Assembly (NCBI GenBank): GCA_002269645.1
Contig: NIVC01003577.1
Location: 26,161 to 90,160, forward strand
DNA from: Macrostomum lignano
Taxonomy: Eukaryota
Direction: 5' to 3'
Length of the DNA stretch: 64,000 bases
The position numbers and the translations under genes were made by a program. This document shows, piece by piece, positions 8,866 through 21,338 of the stretch (position 1 is its first letter; each line of letters starts with the position of its first letter). The notes beneath the pieces were generated by a model. It was not told where the DNA came from, did not search any database, and saw only the letters and a program-made list of their open reading frames with translations.

Positions 8866-10034
8866 CTATGCTTTCCCTCTCTCTACCGTATCTCCTTTTT
8901 CCTACAATTTCAGCAATAAGCCACTGAAATGTTGCTGATACGAAGAGATAAGAATTCAATTACGTTACTATAGTAAGTAGTATATCCATACCTTGTTACA
9001 ATGCACACTATTTTACATTGGCTAACTTCTTTTGTAAAACTGCAGATATTCTTTCAGAGAACAGTGAACCTGCATTGCGTTATGAGAAATTTAGACCAGC
9101 CGGGTGCAATATGTTTATATTGATCTGGACACTCAATTTAAAAATCAGAGTCCGTTAAATAACTTTTAATGCACAGATATCTAATTGATTTTTTGGAATG
9201 AATTTTCTCTCAGATGTTTTCACTATTTAAACTGAATAAAAATGTGGAAGACTTGGAAAAATCGTTTTTTGTAGAGGCTTAAAATGCTTTGTTGTCATGG
9301 ATACAAAAAAGACGCCTTTTGTACGTGTTTTGTTCTTAGCCGTCTCTGAGTGTGTGCTCATGCTCATGGCCAGGACTAAAGCTCACTCGCTGCTCCATCA
9401 ATTGGCTGTCTCCGCGGATGCCAAATGGATGGAGAAGCTGCAACTCAATCGGCAGCTTCAAGAGGCCTCTGATGCAGCGTGCAGTGTTGAGAGCAGTTTT
9501 TTGGTCAGCCACTCAATGCATTTTCTGCCTAATCTGCGGATGGGATTTCCGTGGGATTAGGGATAATAGGGAAATTTTTTTGCTCACGACTTGCCAGCAT
9601 CCGAAGGTGTGTTGTTGATGACGAATTGAATTTAATTTTGTTTCTGCAATGTACGTAGAGAGACTTGAAAATGCTCAAGTCCAGGTCGCTAGAAGGTCAT
9701 GTCTGCACTCAGTCTTAAGAACAACTCATTTATCGCTTTACCTCAAACAGCTGATGGCCTCTGTGTGCACTTCTGTCTCAAGACTCCGCCACTGAGCGGA
9801 ATTCAAGAGTGAGTACAGGTGCGCTGCTCAGGACTGAAGCTTTATGCTTGCACTGTTTATTCTCGCAAACAATGGTAGGCATTGCAGTTCAGACTGTCTC
9901 TGCTCTCAGGCTCATTGGCTTTTTGTCTAGTCTTCTTTCATGCAAAAGAAGAAGAAGACTTTACTTGCAGCAATTGTTGGCTTGCTGCATGCTGAAATGG
10001 CATTTCTTCTGCCTCATTTTTTGTATGATCCACG

Positions 10035-10150
10035 GGGCCAACCCCCAAGGCACAGAGGGTGTACATGCCTGATGGTTAGACAGTCAGGGCCACCGCTGTA
10101 CACCCATTCTGAGCGTGTGTGAGTGCCTGCCTGCGTGCAGTATTGGCGCG
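10035..10150 (+). mobile_element. Truncated copy of the tRNA-headed SINE family (central part)
   Basis: GGGCCAACCCCCAAGGCACAG...GTACATG...GGGCCACCGCTGTACAC matches the copies at 24449, 25578 and 18615. Confidence 0.65.
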
Positions 10151-10474
10151 TCTGTTAGCGCTCGGGAGTCAGCGGAATGGCAGAATTTTGCCCCAGAGCT
10201 GGTTGCGAGACCATGTCGCTGAAGGAGACCATGTCGCTGAAGGAGACCATGTCGCTGAAGGAGACCATGTTGTGGAAGGCGCTACGCCATTCTAAACTTC
10301 GCAATAGCAATCCGCCTCTCTCAAAGTTTGTCTCCTCTCTGCTCTCTTCTCTATAATCTCCTTTCTTTTCTCTTCTCTTCCTTCTCTCATCTCCTCTCAA
10401 CTCCATTCTCTCTTCTTCCCTCTCCTCTCTTCTCCCCTATTCCACTCTTCTCTCCTCTCTCACCTCTTCTCGCG

Positions 10475-10760
10475 TTAGATTTTCCATCTGGCCCTTGAGG
10501 TATAAAAGTGTACGAACGTACAAACTCCTAATCCCTGAAAAGCTTGCATAGGCTGGGGCGCAAGGCCTGTCAGGGAGGTCTGCTGAGCAGGCAGGAACTC
10601 GGGCAGCCAGGAATCGTGCAGGGACAGGTTGGGCCCGAGGTAGTTGAGCCGGTCTCGGTTGAAGGCCGGGCAGTGGCAGACGAAGTGCAACTTGGCATTT
10701 TCGTTTTCAAGGTTGCAGAAGGGGGCGGAGTTCGTTCCTGAGCTCTAAAACTCGTAGTTT
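10475..10760 (-). mobile_element. Non-LTR retrotransposon 3' fragment (C-terminal CCHC-type knuckle), degenerate
   Basis: HFVCHCPAFNRDRLNYLG matches the H(F/L)xxxCPxxxxxRxxxLG motif ending ORF2 of R1/LOA/I-group LINEs. Confidence 0.55.
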
Positions 10761-12175
10761 TCATAGAACCTTTCTGCTGTCTCTAAGGTAGTATTAAAGG
10801 TAAATAGGCTGTTGTTTACGGCTTAAATCAGATATATTTCTTTTTTTAAGATTCTCTTTTTTAATCTGATGAACAGTTTCATTGATAAATAAAATATATT
10901 TCCTAAAATTCTTTATACGACATGTTTTTTCAACGTACGTCATGTCGGCATTTTTATCTACCTCAGCGGTCTGGTTTTCGAATTCCGCTCTTTTGAGAGC
11001 CATTAGAGGTCTTATGTTTGTCATTAAAGATTGCGTTCTGTATGTATGAAGCAACTGCATTCCGCCTTTAACATCTGTGACGAGCGAGTCACCAATGCGA
11101 CCTGTTGCGTCGTCGGCAACTCCAGCTGGCAGGCCTCATCATCCGCAATGAGACAGAAGGAGGTGCCTGCTTGGTGACTCACGGTGCCTCAGATTTTTAT
11201 TTTCGTGCTCAGCTTTAATCGTGCCATGTCCCTGAATATCACGTGTTCCCTAAACTAACGTTTTTATTTTAGAATCTACATGCCTATGAGATATTTGTGG
11301 AGAAATAACAAAAAAACGATTTTATCGATTAGATAAATACGCAATATTTTTACAATCTAAATTTGCTCCACTAGAATATATGAAATGTTTGAGTTTAGAA
11401 CTGAGATGTAGAGAGAGCCCTGAGAAGGCCGGGGATCTCATTCCTGTCTCTGCCACTCCGAGGACAGCCTATACGGCTCGATGCTGACACAATGATATCT
11501 GAGTGGCTGTTTAAGGCTTGAACCTGGAAGTACGTGAGGGAGTGAGCTATAGGTGAGCTATAGGATTGAGTAGGATGGAGAAGAATGGGCTGTTAGCCAA
11601 CCAGAATTATTGGTTCTGCATTTTGGCTCCTAAAATAAATGCTGCATCACATAGAGGGGAAAGGGGAGGGGAGGGGAGGTTCGCCGCAAGCTCCCATTCG
11701 CCGAGGCCAGACAGACGGACAGAGACAGGCGGACAAGCGGCGAGAGGGCGATAGAAATGAGAAAGTTGCCATCGCCTGGCAACCCAGCCGGTTTCGCTGA
11801 GATGGTCCGCCACTTCATGAGAAGCTGAGCTAGGCGACCTCCTTTCCTCCATCGCCTTCTCTTCTTCAATTTTGCTGGCCGTACATCTTAGCCGTTGAAT
11901 TGTCTGGAGCAGGCTGACAAGAGACGCGCTGTGAATCTGACGTCACGCCTCTCCGGTTTCTTCCGATGCCCGTGGCCAGCGCTGCACGCCTGGACTGCCG
12001 CTGTTAACTGCAAGAGAGCCGCCTGCAATCAGTGTTCGCCTTGAAGCGATCCGTCCGTGATGTCCAATACAGGAGGACAGAACTCCACCACCAGGTCTAT
12101 GGTGGCAAAGGTGAGTGGAAGTCTGTGCATTACCGGTTTGTGTAATTGATATTTCGGCGGAAAGGCGGAAAGACA

Positions 12176-12313
<138 letters not shown>

Positions 12314-12929
12314 ATTGACTGAAAGAAACGTAAACTGAATGAAAGCAATCAGATCCAATTTATCTTAAGTAAAAGTTCAACTGCTGCTGTGCTGTGTCTT
12401 TGTTCCCCCCAAGCTATGCTTTATTCTATCTGTCAATCATTTCTCGAAAAAAAGAGAAATAAAAACTTACATCAATCGGTCTCTGTCTTTGGATTTTCAT
12501 TTTCAATATAAATATTTTCGCAATCAAAGAATAAAAAACTACATTAATATAGAGATTAAGTTTAAATATCCATCAATTGCTTTCACTTTCGAAGGCTGAA
12601 CTGCAGTGTCTCTGCAGGTGCCAATAGGGTTGACAGAAGTGTTTAAACACGCGGTCCCACTGCCGCCTCTCTCTTTCCTCTGAGACCAGAGAATGCAGTG
12701 GATGGTGCTAGTCTAGCGATTAGTCTGTCATTTGCTTATAAAGTTATACGAGTACTAACTGCGTTCTGAATATGATTGACGTAGTCGTAATATCAACGTT
12801 CGATGAGCGTTATTAACCCATGTTAATGAGTGGGTCAAAAAGGGGATGTTACTGGCAGTTGTAGAAGTGTTTTGAGTGAGTAGCTAGTGAGTGTCTGATT
12901 GAGTGACTGAGTAACTCAGCTACTGTGTT

Positions 12930-13180
12930 GCTGAGTGAGGGACTGATTGACAGAGTGAATGACTTAGTGAGTGAGTAAGAGACTAAGTGAGTTTCTGAGT
13001 TAGGTATTGAGTGGCTGAGTGAGTGATTGAGTTACCGAGCTGCCGGCTGAGTTTTTGATTTGCTGAGTGAGGGACTGATTGACAGAGTGAATGACTTAGT
13101 GAGTGAGTAAGAGACTAAGTGAGTTTCTGAGTTAGGTATTGAGTGGCTGAGTGAGTGATTGAGATACCGAGCTGCCGGCT
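12930..13180. repeat. Tandem duplication of a ~120-130-bp GAGT-rich segment
   Basis: GAGTGAGGGACTGATTGACAGAGTGAATGACTTAG...TACCGAGCTGCCGGCTGA occurs twice. Confidence 0.85.
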
Positions 13181-13921
13181 GATGGTATGTAATACCATCG
13201 CTGAGCACTTCTCTGTCGTTAACTCGTGGATTAGAAATTTTGATGACGAGTTTGCGATTGCGAGGTCCTGTGTGCGAATGCTGCATGTGCTATTTTACTT
13301 TCCCTGTGAGCTGCAGGACCTGCATGTCATCCACTTTTCCTTCTTATGAGAGTTTTGAGCTGGTAGCTGAGTCTTCAAAGTGCGTCCCGACTCTGAGTGA
13401 GACTCTGAATAATTTATTCAATTGGAGACCGGATCTCGGAGCAGCTTTTCTCTCTTCCTCGCTTCCTGCTAAAAAAACCCTGATCCCACAGCAACTCGTA
13501 TATTTGTTCTCCTGCTGTACTCATGGGTAGGTCTCGGCGGGCTAAGGTAAATTTAGATTTTCAGAGGCCTGAATTAAGAGTAGAATTACCGATAGTCGCT
13601 GGGGGAGACGGACGGACTTTTCAACGGATTCAGTGTCATTTCCTGCTGTGGCCCTAATAAAATATTTGTCAACGCATCTGGCATTGACTGACTGACGCTC
13701 TCTGTGTGTTGGCAGTAAAAACTTATTTTGATGATAACGGCCAATTGTCAATAGAAATTGGACGCGTTCTGCGTTCTGAGTTTTGCTTTCCTAATCAAGA
13801 CAGAACTGGAGTTTTATTGTCCCAGGTGTGCTGTGCCAGTGGTTTGGTGTGGCAGTCCTACTGAATGTGCTGAAGTTGTTTTTAATCAAATTGTAATGTT
13901 GTTTCAATAATGTTTTGGTAA

Positions 13922-14350
13922 CCCTGATACCTGTTCTGGTTACCATGATACCTGTTCTGGTTACCATGATACCTTTTCTGGCACCTTGATACCTGTTCTG
14001 GTTACCATGATACCTGTTCTGGTTACCATGATACCTGTTCTGGTTACCATGATACCTGTTCTGGTTCCCTGATAACTGTCCTGGTTCCCTGATACCTGTT
14101 CTGGTTCCCTGATACCTGTTCTGGTTCCCTTATACTCGTACCTGTTCTGGTTACCATGATGCCTGTTCTGGTTTCCCTGATACCTGTTCTGGCACCTTGA
14201 TACGTGTTCTGGCACCTTGATGCCTGTTCTGACACCTTGATACCTGTTCTGGCACCTTGATACCTGTTCTGGCACCTTGATACCTGTTCTGGCACCTTGA
14301 TACCTGTTCTGGCACCTTGATACCTGTTCTGGTTCTCTGATACCTGTTCT
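13922..14350. repeat. 20-21-bp minisatellite (GATACCTGTTCTGGTTACCAT / ...GGCACCTT)
   Basis: Direct inspection. Confidence 0.95.
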
Positions 14351-15519
14351 GATATTCTCAGAACATACATGTAATCTGGCTTACAGGTAACTGAATATTT
14401 GCCTAATGGCCACAAACTTTTATTTTCCCACTTGGATAGTGGCGCACCTTCTACTACACTTGATTTGATCGTCATACTAGAAGTGTATCGGGAGAAGAAT
14501 AAGAACACTTTCTTGTTTCTGAGTCGTCACAAGGTTTCATAGATGCTCTTAGCTAACTGACCGGTCTAATTAAGAAACTGGACAATTATTTTATCAAGAG
14601 AACCTGCTGTTGAAATACGCTTGTATTCACCATTTCTAGAGTGTTTTTCTCGCACCTGAGTCCAATCAATTTGCTTTTTCTTTTCTGCATGTTCCGTCTA
14701 AACAGTTCCAGCAATTGATCTGGGGACAAATGGCCAGTAAGTGATGAAGCCCTTCTGTGATTAATTCAAGTCGACTTGATGTCGCTAAAATGCAGCTGCT
14801 ACCGGATATTGCATTCAAATTTAATTGATAGTTGAATTGACATCTGCCATCTCTTTACTTGAGTGTTTTCGACGGTTGCCTGTCCGGCGGATCGGGAAGG
14901 ATTTTTAGTCAGAAGAGTGAAGTGCAAAGCTGGTTGCAAAGCTCGCCTGGACGCAGTGGGACCAGAGCTGAGAGGCAATATTCTGCCCATTCCTCTGACG
15001 AGTACAGCGGCCCTGACTTTCTAATCGTCAGAGATGTACACTTCTGTGCCTAAGGGGTTGGCCCCATGATTTTTTTGTTGAGATTTTCGTCCTTCACTTC
15101 CAGCAGCATGTGTTGATCGCAGTATAATACCAGTTCTCTTGCTACATTACTTTCTACTTTTCAATTGTCCAATGGCTAATCCATGCTTTAGCTATCAGAC
15201 CTCAGAAAAACTGATTGATTGACTGATTGATTGATTGATTGAGTTGACAGGGCATGGGAAGTCGGAAACAGCGAGGCCTGTGGGATTCAACTAGGGCAGA
15301 GTGCGTGAACGGTTCTTCTGTCCTTCCGGAAAGAAAAGCTGCTTGAGTAGGTAAACATCCTGTTAATGATAAGTTAGTAGTAGACTTAGCATTTGTTTAG
15401 TCGGAAATTTTTGTCTGGCGACAAGGTAGCTTGAAACAGAACACACCTGGGATGACATTTATCTCCTAGGATGAGATTCATTGGGTGAAGTTTTTACTCT
15501 ATCAGTAATTTTATGGGGT

Positions 15520-15920
15520 GTGATTTCAGTTCTATCAGTGATTTCAGAGGTGAGACTTCAGGGGTGAGAGTTCAGTTCCATCAATGATTTTAGGGGTGAG
15601 ACTTCAGGGGTAAGAGTTCAGTTCCATCAATGATTTCAGAGGTGAGAGTTCAGTTCTATCAATGATTTTAGGGGTGAAAGTTCAGTTCCATCAATGATTT
15701 CAGGGGTGAGAGTTCAGTTCAATCAATGATTTCAGGGTGAGAGTTCAGTTCAATCAATGATTTCAGGGTGAGAGTTCAGTTCAATCAATGATTTCAGGGG
15801 TGAGAGTTCAGTTCAATCAATGATTTCAGGGGTGAGAGTTCAGTTCAATCAATGATTTCAGGGGTGAGAGTTCAGTTCAATCAATGATTTCAGGGTGAGA
15901 GTTCAGTTCCATCAATGATT
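15520..15920. repeat. ~31-32-bp minisatellite (GGTGAGAGTTCAGTTCAATCAATGATTTCAGG)
   Basis: Direct inspection. Confidence 0.93.
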
Positions 15921-16769
15921 TCGCACCTTCTACCAACGAGAGCTCTCTTAGACTCTTCCAAGAAATAAGCCACGCTCGGAGCCTACAAGCCGGTGGACAC
16001 CAGATTTGGATGAATTAAAGAACTAGAAATCCCACCTGCATATTTCGGAAATTCTCAAATCCTCATCTGCTTTCTCGCACCAGCAACTGCACCCACAACC
16101 AGGTGTTGTCTGACAAAAAAGTATTTTTTCTCTGCTTAAAATTTTACTCCCTTTCCTTTTTCATCTCATTGTCAGTCGCAGGAAGCAGCTGAGCCCAGCA
16201 GAGTCGGTTTGGGAGAGAATCCAGCTCCATCTCTGCTCTCAGATTCTCAAAGCTCCTCTCGTTTTTCAACGCTGCCCCTCTATCCATGCCCAACCAAAGA
16301 AGGAAATCTGCATTCGTCAATGCGCTCAGATTAACAATTGAGAAAGAGCAGACCGCCTTCCCTTGAAAAAAAGCCGGAGCTGGTGCAGCATCGCATTGTG
16401 GGGGGGGGAGGCACTCTGACTCGCATTCACTCGCTCTCTGTTGCCAAGGCCTCAGCTGTGTGTGCGTTGGGCGGATGGCGCATGTAAGGCCGCACTTTTT
16501 CCACACGGCGAGGCCATCCATCTAAGGGATTTGGCCGTCGTGTCTTGGCGCCGCGGCTTCTCTCAGACCCACCCGCATTGCTCAGCGTCATCCCGCAGCC
16601 GGTGTGAGCAGTTGCTCAGGCTCGCATCAGGATAAGCGTCCTAGGCTGCATCAGCACTCTGCACTATTGTACGGAATGCTAGCGCCTGTGCTATTTAATA
16701 CGCATGGAGATTATAAGTTCATTAGGTACGTTTTCATATAAAAATGGGAATTAAGCCAGGTTAGTTCAG

Positions 16770-17365
16770 AGGTGATGGCTGCCGGGAGAGCTTGATGGCT
16801 GCCGGGAGAGCTTGATGGCTGCCGGGAGAGCTTGATGGCTGCCGGGAGAGCTTGATGGCTGCCGGGAGAGCTTGATGGCTGCCGGGAGAGCTGTGATGGC
16901 TGCCGGGAGAGCTTGATGGCTGTCGGGAGAGCTGTGATGGCTGCCGGGAGAGCTTGATGGCTGCCGGGAAAGCTGTGATGGCTGCCGGGAAAGCTGTGAT
17001 GGCTGCCGGGAGAGCTTGATGGCTGCCGGGAGAGCTGTGATGGCTGCCGGGAGAGCTTGATGGCTGTCGGGAGAGCTGTGATGGCTGCCGGGAGAGCTTG
17101 ATGGCTGCCGGGAGAGTTGTGATGGCTGCCGGGAAAGCTGTGATGGCTGCCGGGAGAGCTTGATGGCTGCCGGGAGAGCTTGATGGCTGCCGGGAGAGCT
17201 GTGATGGCTGCCGGGAGAGCTTGATGGCTGCCGGGAGAGCTTGATGGCTGCCGGGAGAGCTTGATGGCTGCCGGGAGAGCTTGATGGCTGCCGGGAGAGC
17301 TTGATGGCTGCCGGGAGAGCTTGATGGCTGCCGGGAGAGCTGTGATGGCTGCCGGGAGAGCTGTG
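16770..17365. repeat. 20/22-bp minisatellite (GATGGCTGCCGGGAGAGCTT)
   Basis: Direct inspection. Confidence 0.95.
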
Positions 17366-18614
17366 ACGCAAGTAGGTTTATAGAAATAACGTTTTTTCGT
17401 GTTGAAACTCACGGCATTTCTATGTTATCCCTTGTGCTTAATAGTGTGCACTGGTACGTATCAAGCACTCAAAATGTGCTGTAAACTTAGCATTTGGAAG
17501 CCATAAATAGAAAATTGAGACAACGGGTTTGCACCTAGAAAGCTCGTAGAGTTGAAGCCGAGTGCAGTAAGCAGAAATTCAAACGGCACTCTTGAAACCG
17601 GTTGACGGGTTTTAATATCCGCCGCCTTAAATAACGCACGGCGGGTCCCGGCTGCCTCGCCTCACCTGAGCTCCAGCCCGTCTGCTCAGGCTGAGAGAGA
17701 CGGGGAAGACTGCAACGGGCAGAGAAATTAGTTGGAGGTAAAACTGGGAAGCGGAGCAAAGAGTGGACTTTTAGCAGCTCTGCTGGCTGGGGAACAATAG
17801 GCGGAGGGAAGCTGAATGCATGTAGCTGGGCCTAAGTAGCTATTGAAGGCCTTACACGTTCTACTTTATTTACCTGGCTGCCAGCCTGAAGACTGTCTGA
17901 AATCAATTGTTTTCAGGCCAACGTGTAATGGCATAGAAAACTTTACTTTTTCCCACCCTATCGGCTATCGATGACTGCAGCGTGCCTGTGACGTGACAGG
18001 CTCCTCCAGCCTTGCAGCAGCGTGGCGTCATTACCAGCGGATTGGTGGATGAAAGTGAGGTTTGAAGAGTTGAGAAGGAGCACCTGAGTATTTAGCTGGG
18101 ATGGCTGCTGCTCCAGTTGGGTGGCCTCTGTATGGGGATTCGCGAAATTAAAATATTGATTAATTGAGGGTGAAACTGCTGGTCCAGGCTCAGAGAAGCA
18201 GGAAAATTAATAGTGCATTTCAGGTGAAAGCTTTCAAGAAAGTATCCAAAATTTTCAATAAATTTCACAATCGGTTTTTTAGAAAGTAAATCTACCAATT
18301 TATTTATAAAGTTGGCTGATCAATGGTTTATACCTGAATATAAATCCGCTGGCTTCGTGACTGCATTGGCCCAGACTTTGCAGCATGAATTATTTTGTGC
18401 CGGAAGTACTGGCAGCAACTTTGATGAGTTTAGTGGTTGTTTCTGCCTAAAAGTGCAGACAATCCAAAGCGCTTACCCACTCACCCACTGGAAAAACCAT
18501 ATAAAATGATGATGCATTAAAAAACTTGAAAAAAAAGTTTGCACTGACAAATCTCCAAAAAGCATAGAAGCTGCTCCACCGCTGGGACCCAGTTTGAAGG
18601 GTTTTTCACCAAAT

Positions 18615-18810
18615 TGACGTCCTGTGCGCACCCTGATGCACTTCTAGCGACATTGTCACACAGCCGGCGAGAGGCATTACTGAGCAAGCAGCACACAAAC
18701 GCGCGGATACGTACGGCAGTCACACGCACAGGGCGCACACTCACACAGGAGTGTACAGCGGCCCTAACTTTATTAATCATTAGACAAGTGCACTTCACTG
18801 TGCATTTGCA
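18615..18810 (-). mobile_element. 5'-truncated copy of the SINE family (3' half)
   Basis: Reverse complement matches GCACAGTGAAGTG...CAGTAATGCCTCTCGCCGG.TGTGTGACAATGTCGCT...CAGGGTGCGCA of the full copies. Confidence 0.8.
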
Positions 18811-19629
18811 CTTGTTGGAATAATTCTAATCTATGAATTTATCATCAGGAACTTCGTTTGAGCCTCACAGCTGAATACCAGAGTTCTTAGCTAACAAAAT
18901 TTAGTTTTCAAGGCTTTCTTTCTGTCAGATCTTGCAAGGCACCAGCATCCAGGCACGTTTGTCTGAGTAATATTCAGATTTTCAATCAACGTGGCGCTCC
19001 CATAGGTCCTTCGTTGCTGAAGTCTTTGAATTTTGAATCGTTATTCTTGAGCACTAGATTATTAGAAGATTTTTTTATTAGCTTCGCCGTTAATTATAAA
19101 TAAAACTGCCAGACTAGTTGGCTGAAAATTTAATTTTTGCAGCTCGCAATTTAATTGGAAACCAAGCCCCAATTTCAACGGCATTTCGAGGCTGCTGGAC
19201 CGATGAAGGCACTCTAATCTGTTATTAGGAATTATTTTAAATTGCTTTTATTTTCTGGGCCAGGGGTTCAACAATAGATCTGCAGAATTGAAGGCTGTTT
19301 TTTTGCTTTTAGCCGCAGCAGCCAAGCATTGTTTTGCTGCAGAGAGTCTGACGGCGAATGGAATTGTTACCAATTTATTTATCGTCATCGGAGAGAAAGA
19401 GGGGAGTTATGGGGGAAGGTTAAGCGTCTAGGAGGGCAGCAGTGCAGAAGGAAATAAGCAGTGGATGGATACAGAATTTAAAACGCACTCAAGGCTTTTG
19501 CAAAATCACCTTGTTATCTTCTTTGATTGACAAATTTTTTATGCACTTGTCAACATCAAAATTACTGAAAAAAATATGTGTAAATGGCAGTAAGTTGTAA
19601 AACTTCAGTAGTGCTAGGTGACAAATGAA

Positions 19630-19945
19630 ACTAAGGACGCCGAAATGGCACTAAAAGTAGCTGAAATGGCACTAGAGATCACTGAAATTGCACTCATAGA
19701 CGCCGAAATGGTACTGAAGGTCGCTGAAATGACACTAATAAACGCCGAAATGGCACTAAAGTCGCTGAAATGGGCACTAAAAGTAGCTGAAATGGGCACT
19801 AAAAGCCCCCGAAATGGCACTAAAAGTCTCCGAAATGGCACTAAAAATAGCTGAAATGGCAACAAAAGTCGCTGAATTGCATTAATAGACAGCAAAATGG
19901 CACTAACAGACGCCGAACTGGCACTAATAGTAGCTAACAGTAGCT
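19630..19945. repeat. Degenerate 21-bp tandem array (GCCGAAATGGCACTAAAAGTC-like), probably MITE-internal
   Basis: Repeated GAAATGGCACT core at 21-bp spacing. Confidence 0.85.
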
Positions 19946-19979
19946 AAAAGGCTAGTCTCGAAATGAAAATCCCTGACAG

Positions 19980-21338
19980 ATGGTGATCTTTAACAGTTCA
20001 TCGCACCTGGCCACCATTCGCACCTTGCATGTGCATAATTTTACTAAGCTTCATTCTCATCCAACACTCCAGCGGCTGCTTTTCCGCCAGCCGAAGGTCA
20101 CCAAGGTGTATCCGGACTCCGAGTCTCAATCAGGTCCCAGCGGCAGCAACGGCAAATCCGGCAGCCTCGGTCCGCTGTCCACTGAAGCGGCCAAGGGCAC
20201 CAGAAAGCTGCTGGCGAGCTTTGACTCGGACGAGAGCGCCTACCAGAGCGGCAACAGCAGCCCAGCCGCCAGCGGACCGCAGCCAGCGACTGTCGGGGCA
20301 GACGAATCCGCGTCCTCGACGTCGACTGTGACCACCGTCGCCTCGGGAGTGTCGCCCAAGTCGGCCCTGGATCGCCTGACACCGCTGGACGCGGAGACTG
20401 GCGGCGCGGCTGGCAGCGAAGGTACGGCCTCGCTTGGCTGCATCGAGCTGCTGGGCGAAAATCGCGCCGTGAAGTCCACGGAGGACTCCTCTGTGCAGGA
20501 CCAGGAGCCGCAGCAGCAGCAATGCCAGAATGCTCAGAAATGCAACTGCGAGCACCCGTCCAATGGGCGACTGGGAGGCCGGTGTGTGCACTTCTCCAAC
20601 GAGAACACGGCCTCGGACGCAGTCAGCGAAGTTGATGCTGCTGTGGAAGACGGCGCAGATGAAGAGGGAGACAACGCTGCCGAGGCGGAGTTCCGCGACC
20701 GCCTCAAACGTCTTTTCGGCCTGCAGCCCCGACGAAGCGTAGACGCCTCGGCCTCGGTCGTAGCTGCCGACGCCTCTGGCTCAGCCGCATCCATCGATCC
20801 GGACTCGAACGTCGACCTTCGCCAGCTGCAACAGCAGCACCGAATGCACTCGGCGGCACCTCAGTCCCGATCTCGCCGACAAAGCCTCGCCGCTCGCATC
20901 TTCGGCCGCCTGCCAACAGCGCTTGGTGGTCGAAGACGTAGTGGCGACTCCGGCGGAGCCGGCTCGGTGACTGACCTCGGCTCGGAGGCGACCGGCTCAA
21001 CCACCGGTGGCCCGTGCAGCGTCTGCGGCGAGCCGAACTGCGAGACCCACGCCGAAATGACCGACGGGTGCTGGCCAAGGCGGCACATGCGGCTGATGGG
21101 CTGCTTCAAAACCATAGAGGAGCGAGAGCGAGCACAGATGCTTGAGAACAACCTGGTTGCCAGGGTAACCACTATAGTGGTGGTGATCATCATTCTGGGC
21201 CTGATCATCGGGCTAATCGTGTTGGCCAGTACAGCGAAATCTTCTTCGTCTGGATCTACCACAGCGACAACATGGATGACGACTGCAGCATCGACAACTG
21301 TGCAGTCGACCACTGCAAGCACGAATGCGACTGGTTAA
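19980..21338 (+). CDS. Uncharacterised 452-aa protein with one C-terminal transmembrane helix and a Ser/Thr-rich tail
   Basis: Long GC-rich ORF against AT-rich flanks; hydrophobic VTTIVVVIIILGLIIGLIVLA followed by SSSSGSTTATT...STNATG; splice-acceptor-like CCCTGACAG directly before the ATG. Confidence 0.75.
   Translation: MVIFNSSSHLATIRTLHVHNFTKLHSHPTLQRLLFRQPKVTKVYPDSESQSGPSGSNGKSGSLGPLSTEAAKGTRKLLASFDSDESAYQSGNSSPAASGPQPATVGADESASSTSTVTTVASGVSPKSALDRLTPLDAETGGAAGSEGTASLGCIELLGENRAVKSTEDSSVQDQEPQQQQCQNAQKCNCEHPSNGRLGGRCVHFSNENTASDAVSEVDAAVEDGADEEGDNAAEAEFRDRLKRLFGLQPRRSVDASASVVAADASGSAASIDPDSNVDLRQLQQQHRMHSAAPQSRSRRQSLAARIFGRLPTALGGRRRSGDSGGAGSVTDLGSEATGSTTGGPCSVCGEPNCETHAEMTDGCWPRRHMRLMGCFKTIEERERAQMLENNLVARVTTIVVVIIILGLIIGLIVLASTAKSSSSGSTTATTWMTTAASTTVQSTTASTNATG

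Noticed and set aside
7967-8938. Long Pro/Ser- or Gly/Glu/Arg-rich ORFs (also 16711-17412, 22510-23226, 26687-27499, 32189-33189, 36313-37918, 58902-60435)
   Set aside because: They coincide exactly with micro/minisatellites and are open in several frames, so they are repeat artefacts.
7797-9560. Possible three-exon gene (7797-7908, 9046-9103, 9340-9560)
   Set aside because: The frames look protein-like, but the donors are weak, the second junction is out of phase and no homology is recognised.
12040-12112. Exon-like segment with a GTGAGT donor (VFALKRSVRDVQYRRTELHHQVYGGK) and similar isolated candidates at 13430-13527 and 17650-17710
   Set aside because: They cannot be linked into a gene model or assigned a family without transcript data.
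14993-15033. CTCTGACGA...TCGTCAGAG inverted repeat as another hammerhead
   Set aside because: It contains CUGACGA but no stem II/GAAA arrangement; it is just a 9-bp inverted repeat.
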